This document shows positions 38,101 to 46,023 of a DNA stretch of 64,000 nt, in pieces (positions within the stretch are counted from its first letter, which is position 1; each line of letters begins with the position of its first letter). The notes beneath the pieces were generated by a model, which saw nothing but the letters and a program-made list of their open reading frames with translations, had not been told where the DNA came from and did not search any database. This DNA comes from Candidatus Electronema sp. JM (lineage in GTDB: Bacteria > Desulfobacterota > Desulfobulbia > Desulfobulbales > Desulfobulbaceae): contig NZ_JBLWEN010000001.1 in NCBI RefSeq assembly GCF_048287415.1, positions 88,790 to 152,789 on the forward strand, given 5' to 3'. The translations under genes and the position numbers were made by a program.

Positions 38101-39444
38101 CGGCTGCACACCTCCATCACCGGCTTGGAGGAGCGCACAGGCCGCCGCTTCGGCTCGCCGGAAAACCCGCTGCTGCTTTCGGTGCGTTCCGGCGCGGCGA
38201 TTTCCATGCCCGGCATGATGACTACGATCCACAACGTCGGCCTGAACGAGGATTTGCTGGAGGAGCTGTGCGTCAAGCACCCGGAGCAGGAGTATTTTCT
38301 CTGGGACACCTACCGCCGCTTCCTGCAATCTTGGGCGATGGGCGAAGGCATGGGCCGCGAGGAGTTCGGCGCGCTGATGAACGCGCACAAGAAACGCTAC
38401 GGCAAGCGGCTGAAACGCGAATTCAGCCCGGCGCAGATGCGCGAGCTGGCTCTTGAATACCGCAACGCCATGCGGCGGCACGGATGCAGCGCGCCGGAAG
38501 ATCCTTGGCTTCAGCTGGTGCGGGCGGTGGAGATGGTGCTGGATTCGTGGAGCACCCATAAAGCCCGCCAGTACCGCCACCTGATGGCCGTCTCCGACGA
38601 CTGGGGCACAGCAGTGATTGTCCAGACGATGGTCTATGGCAACCGCAATCAGCAGTCCGGCAGCGGCGTGCTCTTCACCGCCCATCCCTACCGCAAGGTG
38701 CGGCGGGTCGCGCTCTGGGGCGATTACGCCTCCGGTGATCAGGGCGAGGACATCGTCTCCGGCCTTGTCACCAGCTATCCGATCTCGGTCGAGCAGGCGG
38801 AGCTGGACGGGCGTTCGGTCGAGCAGAGCCTCGAACGCCGCTTCCCGGAGATCTACGAGCAGCTCCTCAGCATCTCCCGCGACTTGGTGTACACTAAAGA
38901 ATGGAACCCGCAGGAGATTGAGTTCACCTTTGAAAGCCCTGACCCGGACGATCTCTACGTGCTCCAGACCCGCGACATGATCACCATCAAGAAGAAGGAG
39001 CATTTCCGGGTCTTCGAGGAAAGCGAGGCGCAGCAGGCGGCGGTGCTCGGCAAGGGCATCGGCGTGAGCGGCTCCGCCATCTCCGGCCTGGCTGTCTTCA
39101 CCGACGAAAACATCCGCCAGCTCCGCCACGAGCAGCCGGACATGCCGCTCATCCTCCTCCGCCAGGACACGGTGCCGGAGGACATCCGGGAAATCTCCAT
39201 GTGCGACGGCCTGCTCACCGCGCGCGGCGGCCAGACCTCGCACGCTTCCGTGGTCGCAACGCGCTTGGAGAAAACCTGTGTGGTCGGCTGCCGCGACTTG
39301 CAGGTCTTCGAGGACAAGGAGCAGGCGGCCATCAACGGCCTTGTGATAAAATTCGGCGACCCGGTCTCCATTGACGGGCGCAGCGGCCTCTTCCTGCGCG
39401 GCATCCATCCGACGCGAGAAGAGGTGCATATTTTGCCGCTGTAG
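35194..39444 (+). CDS. 1416-aa PPDK-like protein: ~900-aa unknown helical N-terminal region + PPDK-type ATP-grasp + swivelling phospho-His domain, with no PEP/pyruvate TIM-barrel domain
   Basis: From about residue 915 it reads HLGNKGFNLMLLA..G.PVPPAFIITTE, LLLSVRSGAAISMPGMMTTIHNVGLN, GVLFTAHPY and GDQGEDIVSG. The mobile domain is GLLTARGGQTSHASVVATRLEKTCVVGC. The protein ends about 65 aa after the catalytic-His motif. Confidence 0.75.
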   Translation: MNTTQPPPIASKALEANFQQTASAVAISPRYAPLREAVARYQGLSARLEHLLYEISHPFRNWQLIIAELRPFVLKNLNHYLSHAQGPDCFALFSSIFLDALKDSRKNSKVIALTMEAMLAYADKVVASLKPDMLPLYGPQLNAFFEQLARLDEIDSSLMAHMVQGHHPMKKMAAQLISLSRSAGAETFSCAAAAKLLRKILEINYACWLGEEDPQPWFESQCGGGSCCGQAGTDLAAISHSRMREHLTALEQISIDEDPQEALSRILELPAHIDIVRLYREIPGKLGEHAADTDPAAVENRKLFFLFRIMETSGLSLIHEETLREINRSLVQLIRRQSFDEIAEFFTTAFHLLKANVRKYPHTSLQCIQVIGGEVFQRGNSRLVEAFLFETVRFGFQHANVMGVDEDWQPISNPAHLANIRVWLNLIMQEPKWCSTLFSALIINLRLSGTCVKDTDLFQRDITQLLNHPIGPIYNLAKQFSKLMPVFFNEIGAEGELRDVSTELDELHKRHDVLIHFLRKQSHVESSNLIVGFIRAIYSFWLTLDKKPLAAYLPEEILSQVASSGPYVDELHLLAQQVREELEYSTVDELLTWDEAERKDWLLRQSDISAGERKRFDLLVRMFKLLHHKYSLGMDELRGQLEHAVQNGFPEMTELLEVLEHGDTWTCLDAVLTQLEQLKETILSDKKFAPKEEIYYKRHIAVDIPSVYGRYSERKFDALGLTFRLESLANIYLERLNRSINLGFITQATFIGIAKSLSLSLRALKIDGISSRRLDTYTSLLNSSISIKRFTYTQHLDIFRGLSEGVKDVIYAYYTNIHQNNLSVIIPQIGGENLLTKNRTLWDEKDMSSTVHRLSESFFRDLIAATFGLQHLDNFITRIIHTLEAQRDILDEQTLDLLMTYNPEIAISSLYNENPLTHNLIHLGNKGFNLMLLANDGKPVPPAFIITTEIFRCWQAVQGFTKAREEFMQRLHTSITGLEERTGRRFGSPENPLLLSVRSGAAISMPGMMTTIHNVGLNEDLLEELCVKHPEQEYFLWDTYRRFLQSWAMGEGMGREEFGALMNAHKKRYGKRLKREFSPAQMRELALEYRNAMRRHGCSAPEDPWLQLVRAVEMVLDSWSTHKARQYRHLMAVSDDWGTAVIVQTMVYGNRNQQSGSGVLFTAHPYRKVRRVALWGDYASGDQGEDIVSGLVTSYPISVEQAELDGRSVEQSLERRFPEIYEQLLSISRDLVYTKEWNPQEIEFTFESPDPDDLYVLQTRDMITIKKKEHFRVFEESEAQQAAVLGKGIGVSGSAISGLAVFTDENIRQLRHEQPDMPLILLRQDTVPEDIREISMCDGLLTARGGQTSHASVVATRLEKTCVVGCRDLQVFEDKEQAAINGLVIKFGDPVSIDGRSGLFLRGIHPTREEVHILPL

Positions 39445-39451
39445 CTGATGG

Positions 39452-39478
39452 CGAAAAAGGGGCGAAGAAAATCGCCCC
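39452..39478 (-). terminator. Rho-independent terminator of the AT-rich operon (hairpin shared with the convergent PPDK-like gene)
   Basis: GGGGCGA (39459-39465) pairs with TCGCCCC (39472-39478). Read on the minus strand, the hairpin is followed directly by TTTTT. Confidence 0.6.
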
Positions 39479-39495
39479 AGTAGAATCAGCGCAAA

Positions 39496-40212
39496 CTATT
39501 GAGCAGTGCCTTTTCGAGGAATCTTCAGCCGTAGTCTTGGATAAATTAAGTTTGGGTTATCCATCAACTGAGGATGCTTCTCTTTATTTGCCAAAATAAT
39601 TTCTTGAACAGAAACGTGGTGTCGTTCAGCGATCTTTCCTAAACAATCGCCTTCCATTACTTGATAGCAGTCTTTGCCTAAATAGCAATCAACAGTCTCC
39701 TTTAGTTCTGTGATATTTTCTGGATTGGCATAGAATATGTAGACTGGCGCGAAAATCAAAGAAACAGCGTACCATCTTTTTTTACGAAATATCCATCTAA
39801 TGTTTATTGTTTTTTCATAAATTTTTTTTATTTTGCTTTTGCAATTTTCAATAAAAATTATGCCGCCGCTCAAGATGCCATCTATTTTATAGACAAAAAC
39901 AGGCAGATTCGACCTGTATTTCCGTATCAATCTATTTCCATATCCTTCCATGTAAAGAAGGATAAAAAACAATGTAAAAACACAGAATGCTATTATTTTA
40001 AATAAAATCATTAAAATCCAAGGAAGCACCCGGAGCGCAAGCCAAGGAATCAACAACATCAATACGAAAAGAATAACAAACGGGAGTGCAACGGATAGCC
40101 ATTCTGATCTTGATGCAGAAAATAGCTGTTCGGAAATAACTTGGAAGAAAAGAATACCTTTTATAAGGTATTCATCTTGAATTTGGTTTAACAGGCTATT
40201 CAGGCGTTCCAT
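39496..40212 (-). CDS. Island gene D: polytopic membrane protein with C-terminal LysM domain
   Basis: There are 3-4 hydrophobic helices (LSVALPFVILFVLMLLIPWLAL, ILMILFKIIAFCVFTLFFILLY, AVSLIFAPVYIFY). The LysM-like C-terminus is YQVMEGDCLGKIAERHHVSVQEIILAN...IYPRLRLKIP. The start overlaps the gene C stop by 17 nt. Confidence 0.7.
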   Translation of the reverse strand: MERLNSLLNQIQDEYLIKGILFFQVISEQLFSASRSEWLSVALPFVILFVLMLLIPWLALRVLPWILMILFKIIAFCVFTLFFILLYMEGYGNRLIRKYRSNLPVFVYKIDGILSGGIIFIENCKSKIKKIYEKTINIRWIFRKKRWYAVSLIFAPVYIFYANPENITELKETVDCYLGKDCYQVMEGDCLGKIAERHHVSVQEIILANKEKHPQLMDNPNLIYPRLRLKIPRKGTAQ

Positions 40213-41437
40213 CTCTCCTTATTGATTCAGGGTGTATATTAATATCCGCACTTTCTTCTTGTTGATCCTGTTGTTTTTCCTCGCTGGATGACTTTTCTCC
40301 AATAAGAGCAGCTCCTTGGTCTGACAATCTTCCTACCTTCTGCACAAGTGATTTGGCAATATCCTCAAACCTCCATTCGCCGATCACACCTTTTTCAACG
40401 AAAATTTTTAATATTTCTATACAAGTTGAATTCTCTTCAACACGCATCTTCTCTTCCCTGTCTATTTGCTGTTTGACAAATGAAAGCAATTCTCTGTCGT
40501 TTGGATTTTCTGGATTGCATATTGCAATAATTCCGCGCCAATTACCAATTGACAGGAGCGGCGACAGCAGCGTTTCCCTATTTAGCCTATGATTGAATTC
40601 AATTCGCTGCATTTCAAGCTGCTTCTCAAATTCAATCTGCTTGATTCGCATCTCTGCTTCCATTTTCTTCAATTCAAAATTCATACTTTGTTCCAGCAGG
40701 ATAGTTTGCCTATAAAGCTCAATTTTCCTATCCTTAAATAGCAGCTCCTGTCTCATGGACTCTATCTCCATTTTCTGCTGCATCAGCCGTTTTTCCATTT
40801 CAGCCTTTATGGCATCTACCGAGAATTGCTCCTGAATGATTTTTTCTTGATTTTTTGCATCTATCGTCCCCAGCTTTCCATCAATCAGCCTTTTGCTGAT
40901 GGATTCATGTGGCGACAGCGTAACGAATGGAGGACGGCTTAACTTGAATCCTAAGTCATGAATTTTATTGCCATATATCAATTGACTTTTAAGCTCCTCA
41001 ACAACAGCTCGTTCTGCCTGCGATGCCTGCTCGTTCGCATAGTTTCGACAGATAGGCCGGATTATATCAAGAGCTGACTCTTTTAAAAAATCCCGAATGT
41101 CTCTCCTTCCATTCTGCACAATAAGCAATGGATTATCTATGCAATAAGTCAATGTGACTTCAGCTTGAAAAGGGAGTTCGTCAGCACAAGGAATACTTAC
41201 TGAAAAAAGAATTGAATATTCCGACAGATCAACTTCATAATACACCTTATATGTGCCGATGAGAATGTCGCCAGCTGTCGGCCCGCCATTTTTTCCTGCG
41301 TAAACAACAATTGGCGGACAATTTTCTCCAAGAAAGACATGTGCCTTTCCGAATTTCGGCGATTCAGGCCGTTTGAAGGAAAATTTTTCCAGTTTTCTCT
41401 CAATAACAAGCGGATATTCTTCAGGAGCGAAATCCAT
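40196..41437 (-). CDS. Island gene C: SPFH/band-7-like N-terminal domain + long coiled coil (flotillin-like architecture), putative
   Basis: FSVSIPCADELPFQAEVTLTYCIDNPLLIVQNG..DIRDFL resembles the SPFH beta-alpha core. Residues ~195-290 are Glu/Lys/Met/Gln-rich heptad-like sequence. The start overlaps the gene B stop by 17 nt. Confidence 0.5.
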   Translation of the reverse strand: MDFAPEEYPLVIERKLEKFSFKRPESPKFGKAHVFLGENCPPIVVYAGKNGGPTAGDILIGTYKVYYEVDLSEYSILFSVSIPCADELPFQAEVTLTYCIDNPLLIVQNGRRDIRDFLKESALDIIRPICRNYANEQASQAERAVVEELKSQLIYGNKIHDLGFKLSRPPFVTLSPHESISKRLIDGKLGTIDAKNQEKIIQEQFSVDAIKAEMEKRLMQQKMEIESMRQELLFKDRKIELYRQTILLEQSMNFELKKMEAEMRIKQIEFEKQLEMQRIEFNHRLNRETLLSPLLSIGNWRGIIAICNPENPNDRELLSFVKQQIDREEKMRVEENSTCIEILKIFVEKGVIGEWRFEDIAKSLVQKVGRLSDQGAALIGEKSSSEEKQQDQQEESADINIHPESIRRDGTPE

Positions 41438-42929
41438 TTTTTATCTCTGTTAAAATTTTCAAGGAAGTTTCAGATTCATCAGACCATTTTTCTAAGTACG
41501 CGCAAATGCAATTGCGATTTCTTGGAATACGAGAGACATCATATAAAATTCTTGCGAGAGTTTTCCAGAATTTTCCGTGCATGTCAATATGTTTCAGCCA
41601 CTTGAATATTTCAGTAAGAGCAAGTCGTCTGATTGGCTCCGAATCAAAAACTCTTTGCAGCAGACGGACAATGAGTTCTTCCGTCTTTGCTTTCTCTTCC
41701 GCAAGAATAAGAAGGCTCGGATGCTGGGAGCCGTCTTTAATTGACCAAGAAATACGCATCAAATCTGAAAATATAAGCAGAGACAAGCGATGAAGCGAGG
41801 ATTTTTTCTCCTGCCGTCCCCATTGGTTAAGAGATTGCAGAACGAGAACCGACGAACTTGATTGCTTGAAGAGCCATTTGACAGCATAAGCTATATCTTT
41901 AAAGAGTATTCCGTTGCCTGAATTTGCAATATTTCTTAAATCTTCGAGAGCTTGTTCAGGAAAATGCTGACCAAGACAAGAGCAATATGCGAAAATTGCA
42001 GTTTGATTCAATTTGACTGAATTTTTCAGACTACTCCAATAATGAATACTATTTAAAGAAAGTTGAGCAACATCTTCGTTTTCATCATATAAAACAACTG
42101 CAAGCGCAAATCCAACTAATTTTTGGATAGATTGACTTTCTGATTTTGCCCAAGGCAACAATATTTGGTCACGAACCGGTTGAAATTCATACCGTGCCAG
42201 CCGACCCGCTGTTGCTGCTGCTCTCAGTCTGATTTGAGAATTTTCATGTTTCCCTAACTCAAACAACCATTGCAGCATTGCTTTTGCATAAACATCACGT
42301 TCATGCCAGATGTGATGCAAAACAGTTTCTGGAGTTTCTTGGTCATCAAATGCAACTTTCTTGACAGGACTTTTGCCGCATTCGGTAACTTCGCAATCAT
42401 TTTCAAGATGCGCTGATATGTCTTTAAGCCACTGACTCCTTTTCTTTTCCTCTATCTCTTCGTCCAGATTAGAAGTATTTTCTATCTCCGCTTCCTTCCG
42501 CGACTGCAACCGAATGATATTTTGCAAATACTGGCTCGCCTCATCAACTAATCGGTAATTGCAGCCATTAAACACTGACAGTGAAATGATAAAACTGCGC
42601 CTGCTTTTGCAGCTATCAAATATAGATTCGATAGAAGAATCAAACGATTTATCTTTGTCCGCTTGCGTTTTTTGGCCAGAATAATTGCTCTGATCTCCGG
42701 CGATTATCGAGCCAGTATTATTTATATTGCTGTTTGATGCATGAAACCCTCCAGTGTAATTATAATTTTTAATTATTTGAATAATAGTTCTGCTGTTCTC
42801 TGTAAAATCATCTGTTTCGTTCGTATGTATTTTATTGTATTTTATAGATTCTTCAACAGATTTTATACCGTCATCTTCAGAAAGATGATCAATTTTTTCA
42901 AAGAAATTTTCTTCGTCGCCTTGTTCCAT
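41421..42929 (-). CDS. Island gene B: hypothetical protein with an acidic/Asn-rich N-terminus and a HEAT/ARM-like helical repeat body
   Basis: A 502-aa ORF at about 35% GC. The HEAT-like motif IRLRAAATAGRLARY is present. The N-terminal motif TGSIIAGDQ echoes the gene A C-terminus. I recognised no enzymatic motif. Confidence 0.6.
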   Translation of the reverse strand: MEQGDEENFFEKIDHLSEDDGIKSVEESIKYNKIHTNETDDFTENSRTIIQIIKNYNYTGGFHASNSNINNTGSIIAGDQSNYSGQKTQADKDKSFDSSIESIFDSCKSRRSFIISLSVFNGCNYRLVDEASQYLQNIIRLQSRKEAEIENTSNLDEEIEEKKRSQWLKDISAHLENDCEVTECGKSPVKKVAFDDQETPETVLHHIWHERDVYAKAMLQWLFELGKHENSQIRLRAAATAGRLARYEFQPVRDQILLPWAKSESQSIQKLVGFALAVVLYDENEDVAQLSLNSIHYWSSLKNSVKLNQTAIFAYCSCLGQHFPEQALEDLRNIANSGNGILFKDIAYAVKWLFKQSSSSVLVLQSLNQWGRQEKKSSLHRLSLLIFSDLMRISWSIKDGSQHPSLLILAEEKAKTEELIVRLLQRVFDSEPIRRLALTEIFKWLKHIDMHGKFWKTLARILYDVSRIPRNRNCICAYLEKWSDESETSLKILTEIKNGFRS

Positions 42930-42942
42930 TTTTGATCTCTCT

Positions 42943-43353
42943 TCATTTTTTATTTATTTGATCCCTGCCTATAAAAGTCCCTTCATTGACAAAGGTGGAA
43001 TTTTTGATAAGCACACCTCCTGTTTGCACAATTCTTTCTACCTTTACCCCATAAAGCCGTGCGATATCTAACGCTAATTCCTGATCTTCTTGGAGCAGCT
43101 TTTTCACTTGAAAGTGCAGAGTCTTCTGCGCATCTTCTTCTGAAGGATCCCGTACCACATCTTCTGCCGCCATTTTCACACCTTCAACTCTTGCAGAAGA
43201 ACGGGAAGAAATTTTTGTCCAGACAGCCTTGGCCGTCTCCCATCCGTCAGAACCTATTTTTTCTAACGCTCCTCCCAGTATCTGTCCCCCACCGCTCAAC
43301 AGATAAGGAAGTACTGGCACTAAAGAAGAAACAACCATTTCAGCAAGTTCCAT
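42943..43353 (-). CDS. Island gene A: small helical protein (136 aa) resembling N-terminal adaptor modules of conflict-system NTPases
   Basis: LVPVLPYLLSGG..ILGGALEKIGSDGWETAKAVWTKI...DPSEEDAQKTLHFQVKKLLQEDQELALDIARL is followed by EGTFIGRDQ. It is the first gene of the operon, 13 nt upstream of gene B. Confidence 0.55.
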   Translation of the reverse strand: MELAEMVVSSLVPVLPYLLSGGGQILGGALEKIGSDGWETAKAVWTKISSRSSARVEGVKMAAEDVVRDPSEEDAQKTLHFQVKKLLQEDQELALDIARLYGVKVERIVQTGGVLIKNSTFVNEGTFIGRDQINKK

Positions 43354-43653
43354 AGTTTTTTCTCAATGTCTCAAGTTGTTCCAGCAGCCAGAGCAATTCA
43401 GGCTTGACAAGGGCAGGCTGCCGATGAATACTGCGCTGCTCAGTATGTGATCACCTGCAATAAATTTCAAGTATTTTAAAAGGGCTTTTGAGCTGCCTTG
43501 CTGCCTGTCTCGGCGGTGCAACAGCGGAGGCCGTCACATCGTTTACATTGAAAAAACAAGGCTACAGGTCACAGCTTGGATTGAGCATTTACGTCGAGGA
43601 AGTTTTCAAATTATCTAAAAACTGAAATACTACAGCTTGCATGTCCGGCAGCT

Positions 43654-45081
43654 TTAATACGCCCCCTTGCCGCTGATCATGCAGCCGACCGTTTTGAGGA
43701 TGATCTTCAGATCGCCGACAAGGGAGTGATTGAGGACATACCAGTCATCCAGCTCAATTCGCTCCTGATAATTTTCCGTATCGCTGCGTTTGCTCACCTG
43801 CCACAGCCCGGTGATGCCCGGCTTCATCGAGACATAGCGGCCCGCGCTCGGCCCGCCGCTGCCCTTGTAGTATTCCTCCAGCTCTCTGCCGACGATAGGC
43901 CGTGCCCCGACCACGCTCATTTCGCCTTTCAGGACGTTGATAAACTGGGGGAATTCATCCAAGCTGCTGCGGCGGAGAAAACGGCCCATCCGCGTCACAC
44001 GGGGGTCATGCTTGAGTTTGAAGGTGCTGCGCCATTCCTCGGCCAAGGCAGAATCACGTTCCAGCAGCTCGTGCAGCTTCTTATCTGCGTCCACCACCAT
44101 CGTGCGAAACTTCAGGCATTCAAATTCCCGGCCTGTCGCGGTGATCCGCCGATGGCGGTAGATCACCGGCCCTCTGCTGTCCAATTTAATCAGCAGCATG
44201 ATCAAGAACATCAGCGGCGCGGTCAGGATGAGGATAAGTAGTGAAAAAACGATATCAAAGCTGCGCTTCCAGCTATGATCTGGGTTGAAGCTGAGAACCA
44301 GCATTTCGCCGATGGACTGTATCTCCGCGTGATGTAAACCGAAAATATAGAGATCAGGCACCAGATAGAGCTGTGCGCCGAGGTCGCGGCATTCGCGCAG
44401 GATCCAGAAGATTTTCCGCTCCGCCCGCATCGGCAAGGCGATATACACGTAGTCAATGTCGTTGACCATCAGATATTCGCGCAAATCACGGATTCTGCCG
44501 AGCAAGGGTTTGTTGACCGCAAGATGGCCTTTTTGCTCCAGCTTGTCGTCAAAAAAACCCAGCACTTCGATGCCCGCCCACGGAATGGCCTCGGTCTGCT
44601 GGGCCATCCGCACCCCCAGTTCGCCCGCGCCGATGACCACCGCATGGCGGATGTTTTTGCCCTGCGCCCGGTAATGGCGCAGAAGCTGACGCACTGCCAA
44701 ATGGGAAAGGAAAAGCAGCAGCGGCGTGGTCAATGACCAGACGATGAAGATTGCCCGCGAGTAGCCTTCCGAAACTTTGCAGATGAAGAAATAGAAAAGC
44801 AGGATGCCGACAACTGCCGCCCAGGCCTTCAGGATGACGAAAAATTCCAGATAGAGCTTCCAGCCCCGCCACGAGCGGTAAAGCTGAAAATAATGAAAGC
44901 TGATAAAACTGGCGACAAAAACGACAGCCTCAAGCCAGGTGTAGTATTGGCTCCACGGCACCTGATGCCAATCCACCAGCAAGCTGAGATAGCCGCAGAC
45001 CAGCAGGCAATCGAGAATATGCAGCAGTTTGTAGATGGACGAGGTGCGCTGACGCAGGTTCCACGACAGGGCAGGGGACAT
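43654..45081 (-). CDS. Polyprenyl-phosphate hexose-1-phosphate transferase (WcaJ/EpsB-type bacterial sugar transferase)
   Basis: Four to five N-terminal TM helices and a Rossmann-like linker. The C-terminal PF02397-type core is KRSFDIVFSLLILILTAPLM...DSRGPVIYRHRR....G..F...KFRTM...A........KHDPRVTRMGRFLRRSSLDEFPQFINVLKGEMSVVGARP. Confidence 0.85.
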   Translation of the reverse strand: MSPALSWNLRQRTSSIYKLLHILDCLLVCGYLSLLVDWHQVPWSQYYTWLEAVVFVASFISFHYFQLYRSWRGWKLYLEFFVILKAWAAVVGILLFYFFICKVSEGYSRAIFIVWSLTTPLLLFLSHLAVRQLLRHYRAQGKNIRHAVVIGAGELGVRMAQQTEAIPWAGIEVLGFFDDKLEQKGHLAVNKPLLGRIRDLREYLMVNDIDYVYIALPMRAERKIFWILRECRDLGAQLYLVPDLYIFGLHHAEIQSIGEMLVLSFNPDHSWKRSFDIVFSLLILILTAPLMFLIMLLIKLDSRGPVIYRHRRITATGREFECLKFRTMVVDADKKLHELLERDSALAEEWRSTFKLKHDPRVTRMGRFLRRSSLDEFPQFINVLKGEMSVVGARPIVGRELEEYYKGSGGPSAGRYVSMKPGITGLWQVSKRSDTENYQERIELDDWYVLNHSLVGDLKIILKTVGCMISGKGAY

Positions 45082-45084
45082 GGA

Positions 45085-46020
45085 TTAACGTGCCCAGCCT
45101 TGCCAGCCGGGATTCATGCTGAGTGTTTTCGCCCAAGACCGGGGCAGCAGGCGGTGCCGTCTGCCGAGCTGATAGGCGATGAATTTGCCTGCATTGCGGC
45201 AAAACCATTCCGGCAGGAGCTGGTATTTTTTCCGGGCCAACAGCAAGGCCAGCTCGGAACGCACATACTGCCTGCCTGCGCCGCCAGCCCCGCCGAACTG
45301 CCGCAGCAGAGCCTGCTCTTCGGCATGAAGCACGCCAATGTCGAAATACCGCCGCGCTTCCTGCATGATAGAGTAATTATGAGAATGCCAGACAAGGGCC
45401 TCGCTGACGTAGAGCACATCATAGCCGTTTTCAAGCAGTTTGGCCAAGGTCAAGGTGTCTTCGCCAAAAAGAAGCCGCTGCGGGAAATAACCAGCAGTAG
45501 CCAGCGGCTCCCGTCGCCATGCGGCAAAGGAATTGGAGATGAAAATGGTTTTGAAGCCGAATTTGGCTCGATCGTTCCAGCGGCGGCATTGCGCCTGCTC
45601 TGGATAATTGAAACGGCGCAGATGCTCGCTGAACAGCGTGGCATCTTGGGCCGGAAGCTGGCGGCCATAGGTGGCGGCCAGCCTGTCTTTATCGTGAAAA
45701 GGCCGGACTAATCGCTCCAGCGCGTCATCTGCCGCCGGAATTGCGTCTTGGCTCATGCAGATGAGAATTTCGCCGGAGGTCTGCTGGGCAGCCCAAGTGC
45801 GAGTGCCGCCGTGATCAAAATCCTGCTGAGGAATTTCCAGCAGGCGGATGGCCGGATTGGTGGTCTGATGCCGCCGGATGATGCTCAAACTGTTGTCAGT
45901 GGAGCCGGAATCCACCAGCAGAATTTCGTCGGGCAGCAAGGTCTGCCGGGCCAGCGCAGTGAGCAGCTCGTCCAGCCAGTACCCGCCGTTCCAAACAGGA
46001 ATAATGAGCGAGACGGTCAT
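45085..46020 (-). CDS. Family 2 glycosyltransferase (rhamnosyltransferase-like)
   Basis: SLIIPVWNGGYWLDELL.....Q......EILLVDSGSTDNS shows the GT-A N-terminal pattern. A 3-nt gap separates it from each neighbouring gene. Confidence 0.8.
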   Translation of the reverse strand: MTVSLIIPVWNGGYWLDELLTALARQTLLPDEILLVDSGSTDNSLSIIRRHQTTNPAIRLLEIPQQDFDHGGTRTWAAQQTSGEILICMSQDAIPAADDALERLVRPFHDKDRLAATYGRQLPAQDATLFSEHLRRFNYPEQAQCRRWNDRAKFGFKTIFISNSFAAWRREPLATAGYFPQRLLFGEDTLTLAKLLENGYDVLYVSEALVWHSHNYSIMQEARRYFDIGVLHAEEQALLRQFGGAGGAGRQYVRSELALLLARKKYQLLPEWFCRNAGKFIAYQLGRRHRLLPRSWAKTLSMNPGWQGWAR

Positions 46021-46023
46021 GCG

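Noticed and set aside
35050-39429. Minus-strand ORFs of 319, 291, 120 and 609 aa opposite the PPDK-like gene
   Set aside because: The plus-strand frame carries the PPDK motifs over its C-terminal third and stays open for 1416 codons. The minus-strand ORFs are compositionally biased antisense products.
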